DNA of 64,000 bases from Mobula birostris (lineage: Eukaryota). The notes below the pieces were generated by a model. The model saw only the letters and a list, made by a program, of their open reading frames with translations, was not told the origin of the DNA and searched no databases. Numbering within the stretch: position 1 is the first letter of the stretch; every line of letters starts with the position of its first letter. This document shows positions 61,700-64,000 of this stretch, piece after piece. The translations under genes and the position numbers were made by a program. Where the stretch lies: positions 5,089,079 to 5,153,078 of the forward strand of contig NC_092377.1 in assembly GCF_030028105.1 (NCBI RefSeq), in the 5' to 3' direction.

Positions 61700-64000
61700 G
61701 ATGGTCTCCTCAGACCATCTGCTCCGCTATTCCATCATGTACAGAAGGGATGGTTTGCACCTGATCTAGAGGGGAACTCATTTCCTAGGGGAAAGGTTTG
61801 GTTATGCTTCAAGGTGGGTTTTAAACTAGAGTTTCAGGGGGATGGGAACCAGAGCGCCAGAAAAGTGAGTGAAGACAGATGCTGGTAAGACCTCAGACAA
61901 AGTCAGGAATCAAATGGTTAAGCATAGTGCAACCATTAGTGAGACTTGGATGCAGGACGGACAGGACTGGCAGATCAATATTCTGGTGTTCTATTGTTTT
62001 ACACATGACAGAGCAGGAGGGATTAACAGAAGAAGGGTGTCATTATTAGTCAAGGAAAATGTCACGACAGTGCTCCATCAGACTGACTGGAGAACTCGAC
62101 TAGTGAATCATTATGGGTGTAAGTGAGTAATAAGAAAGGTATGACCATGTTACTGGTTAATATTACTGACCACCCAACAGTCCTAGGGACTTCAGAGGGA
62201 AAAAAGTTGGAAAGAGATTGCAAACTGTTGCAAGAAACATATCTTGACTGGGAACCCATACTGTAAAATGGGACAGATGTGTTCAGGAAAGTTCCCTTCA
62301 TCAGTGCATAGAAGTCCCAACAAGAGAGAGTGTGACACTATATCTACTATTAGGGAATAAGACAGGGCAGGTGACAGAAGTTTGTGAAGGGGAACACTTT
62401 GCATCTATTGACCACAATGCCAGTAGATTGAAAGTAAATATGCAAAAAGATCGGTCTGGTCTGTAGTTTGTGGTTCTAAATTGGAGAAAGGCCAATTCGA
62501 TGGTATCAGAAATGACCTGGCAAAGGTGTACTTGGAAAGTAGGAGGGTTTCAAAAACAAAATTTTGTGAGTACATATCTTATATATGCCTGTCAGAAAAA
62601 AAGGTAAAGATAACAAGTGCAGGGAACTTTGGTTTTCAAGAGATATTGAGGCCCTGGTTAAGAGAAAAATAGGAAGGGCATAGCAGGTATAGGCAGGAAG
62701 GAACAAATGAGCTGCTTATGGATTGTAAGAAACGCAAAATCAGGGTGGCTAAAATAAGGCATGCATTTACTCTAGCAGACAAGGTGATGGAGAATCCTAA
62801 GATATTCTGCAGACATGTTAAGAGCAAAAGGATTGCAAGGGAAAAATTAGTCCTCTGGAAGACCAGAATGCTAATCCATGTGTAGAGACAAAACAGATGA
62901 GGGAGATCTTAAATGAATTCTTTGCATCTGTATTTACTCAGGAGATATATATACAGAGCCTTTGGAAGTGAGGCAAAGTGTCATCAACCTCATGGACCTT
63001 GTACAGATTACAGAGGAGGAGATGTTTGTTACCCTGAGGCAAATCAGTATGGATAAATCCCCAGGACCTGGTGAGGGGTCCATTTGGACCCTACAGGAGA
63101 CAAGTGCAGAAATTGCCATGGCCCTAGCAGAGATACTTAAAACATCCTTAGCAACAGGAGAGGTAGCATAGGATTAGAGGATAGCATGGTTGTTCCATTG
63201 TTTAAAAAAGGATGTGGGGAGAAACCAGGAAATTATAAGATGTTGAGCCTGACATCAGGTGTGGGAAAGTTATTGGAAAGTATTCAAAGGAACCAGATAC
63301 ATAAGTAGTTGGATAGACACGGACTGATTAAGGATATCATCATGGCTTCCTGTATGGAAGGTCACATCTTACCAATCTTACAGAGCTTTTTGAGGAAATT
63401 ACCAGGAAATTGGATGAAGGTAAGACAGTAACAGCCATGGACTTCCGAAAGGCATTTGACAAGATCTGGCATAGGAGGCTAGTCAAGAAGGTTCAGTCAC
63501 TCGGCATTCAAGATGAGGTAGTAGATTGAATAGTAGATTGGATTAGACATTGGCTTTGCTGGAGAAGCCAGAGAGTGGTAGCAGATGGTTGTCTCTCTGG
63601 CTGGAGGCCTGTGGCTCATGGCATGCTACAGGGATCACTGCTGGGTCCTAAGTTGTTTGTCATCTATATAGATGATCTGGATGATAACGTGGTCAACTGA
63701 ATCAGCAAATTTGCAGATGACACCAAGTTTGGGGGTGTAGTGGACAGTGACGAAGACTATCATGGCTTGCAGAGGGATCTGCATCAGCTAGAGGAATAGA
63801 CTGAAAAATGGCAGATGGAATTCAATGCAGACAAATGCAAGGTTCTGCACTTCAGTGTGGTCAACCAGGGTAGATCTTTCACACTGATTGGTAGGACATG
63901 GAGAAGTGTGGTAGAACAGAGAACTCTGGGAATACCAAATCCATAAATTGTTGAAAGCAGCATCACAGATAAATTGGGTTGTAAAGAAATCTTCTGGCAC
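61700..64000 (+). mobile_element. CR1 LINE (ORF1 end, APE, RT), degraded, runs off window
   Basis: SETWMQDGQDWQINI, MDKSPGPG, KAFDK, FADDTK motifs. Confidence 0.82.

Overview
Eukaryotic, repeat-saturated vertebrate DNA. The repeat families (CR1, Rex/Babar, Penelope-like, RTE, Gypsy, Tc1/mariner) look like a cartilaginous-fish genome (inference). Most of the window is nested, mostly degraded transposable elements. Embedded in it is a non-rearranging immunoglobulin-superfamily locus that the ORF track shows only in pieces. On the minus strand, six phase-compatible exons (52603->45361) assemble into V1(J)-linker-V2(J)-TM-cytoplasmic tail. Each V carries its J-like strand in the same exon with no RSS, no C domain was found, the TM is uncharged, and the tail has a YENV motif plus a canonical ITAM (YTAL-x7-YGHL) split by an intron. 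This copy carries lesions (Cys->Ser in V1, TAA in the V2 linker, TAG before the TM), so it is probably a pseudogene. An inverted, frameshifted V1 paralog lies at 35951-36318, and an intact-looking 49-nt signal-peptide exon at 2353-2401 points out of the left edge, suggesting a multi-copy cluster. A second notable system is a non-autonomous LTR element present twice, with only ~160 bp between LTRs. Its primer-binding site is complementary to its own predicted transcript 5' end, with a compensatory change between copies (Tf1/sushi-type self-priming). All alignments were done by eye; no database searches were run, and TE boundaries without a TSD are approximate.
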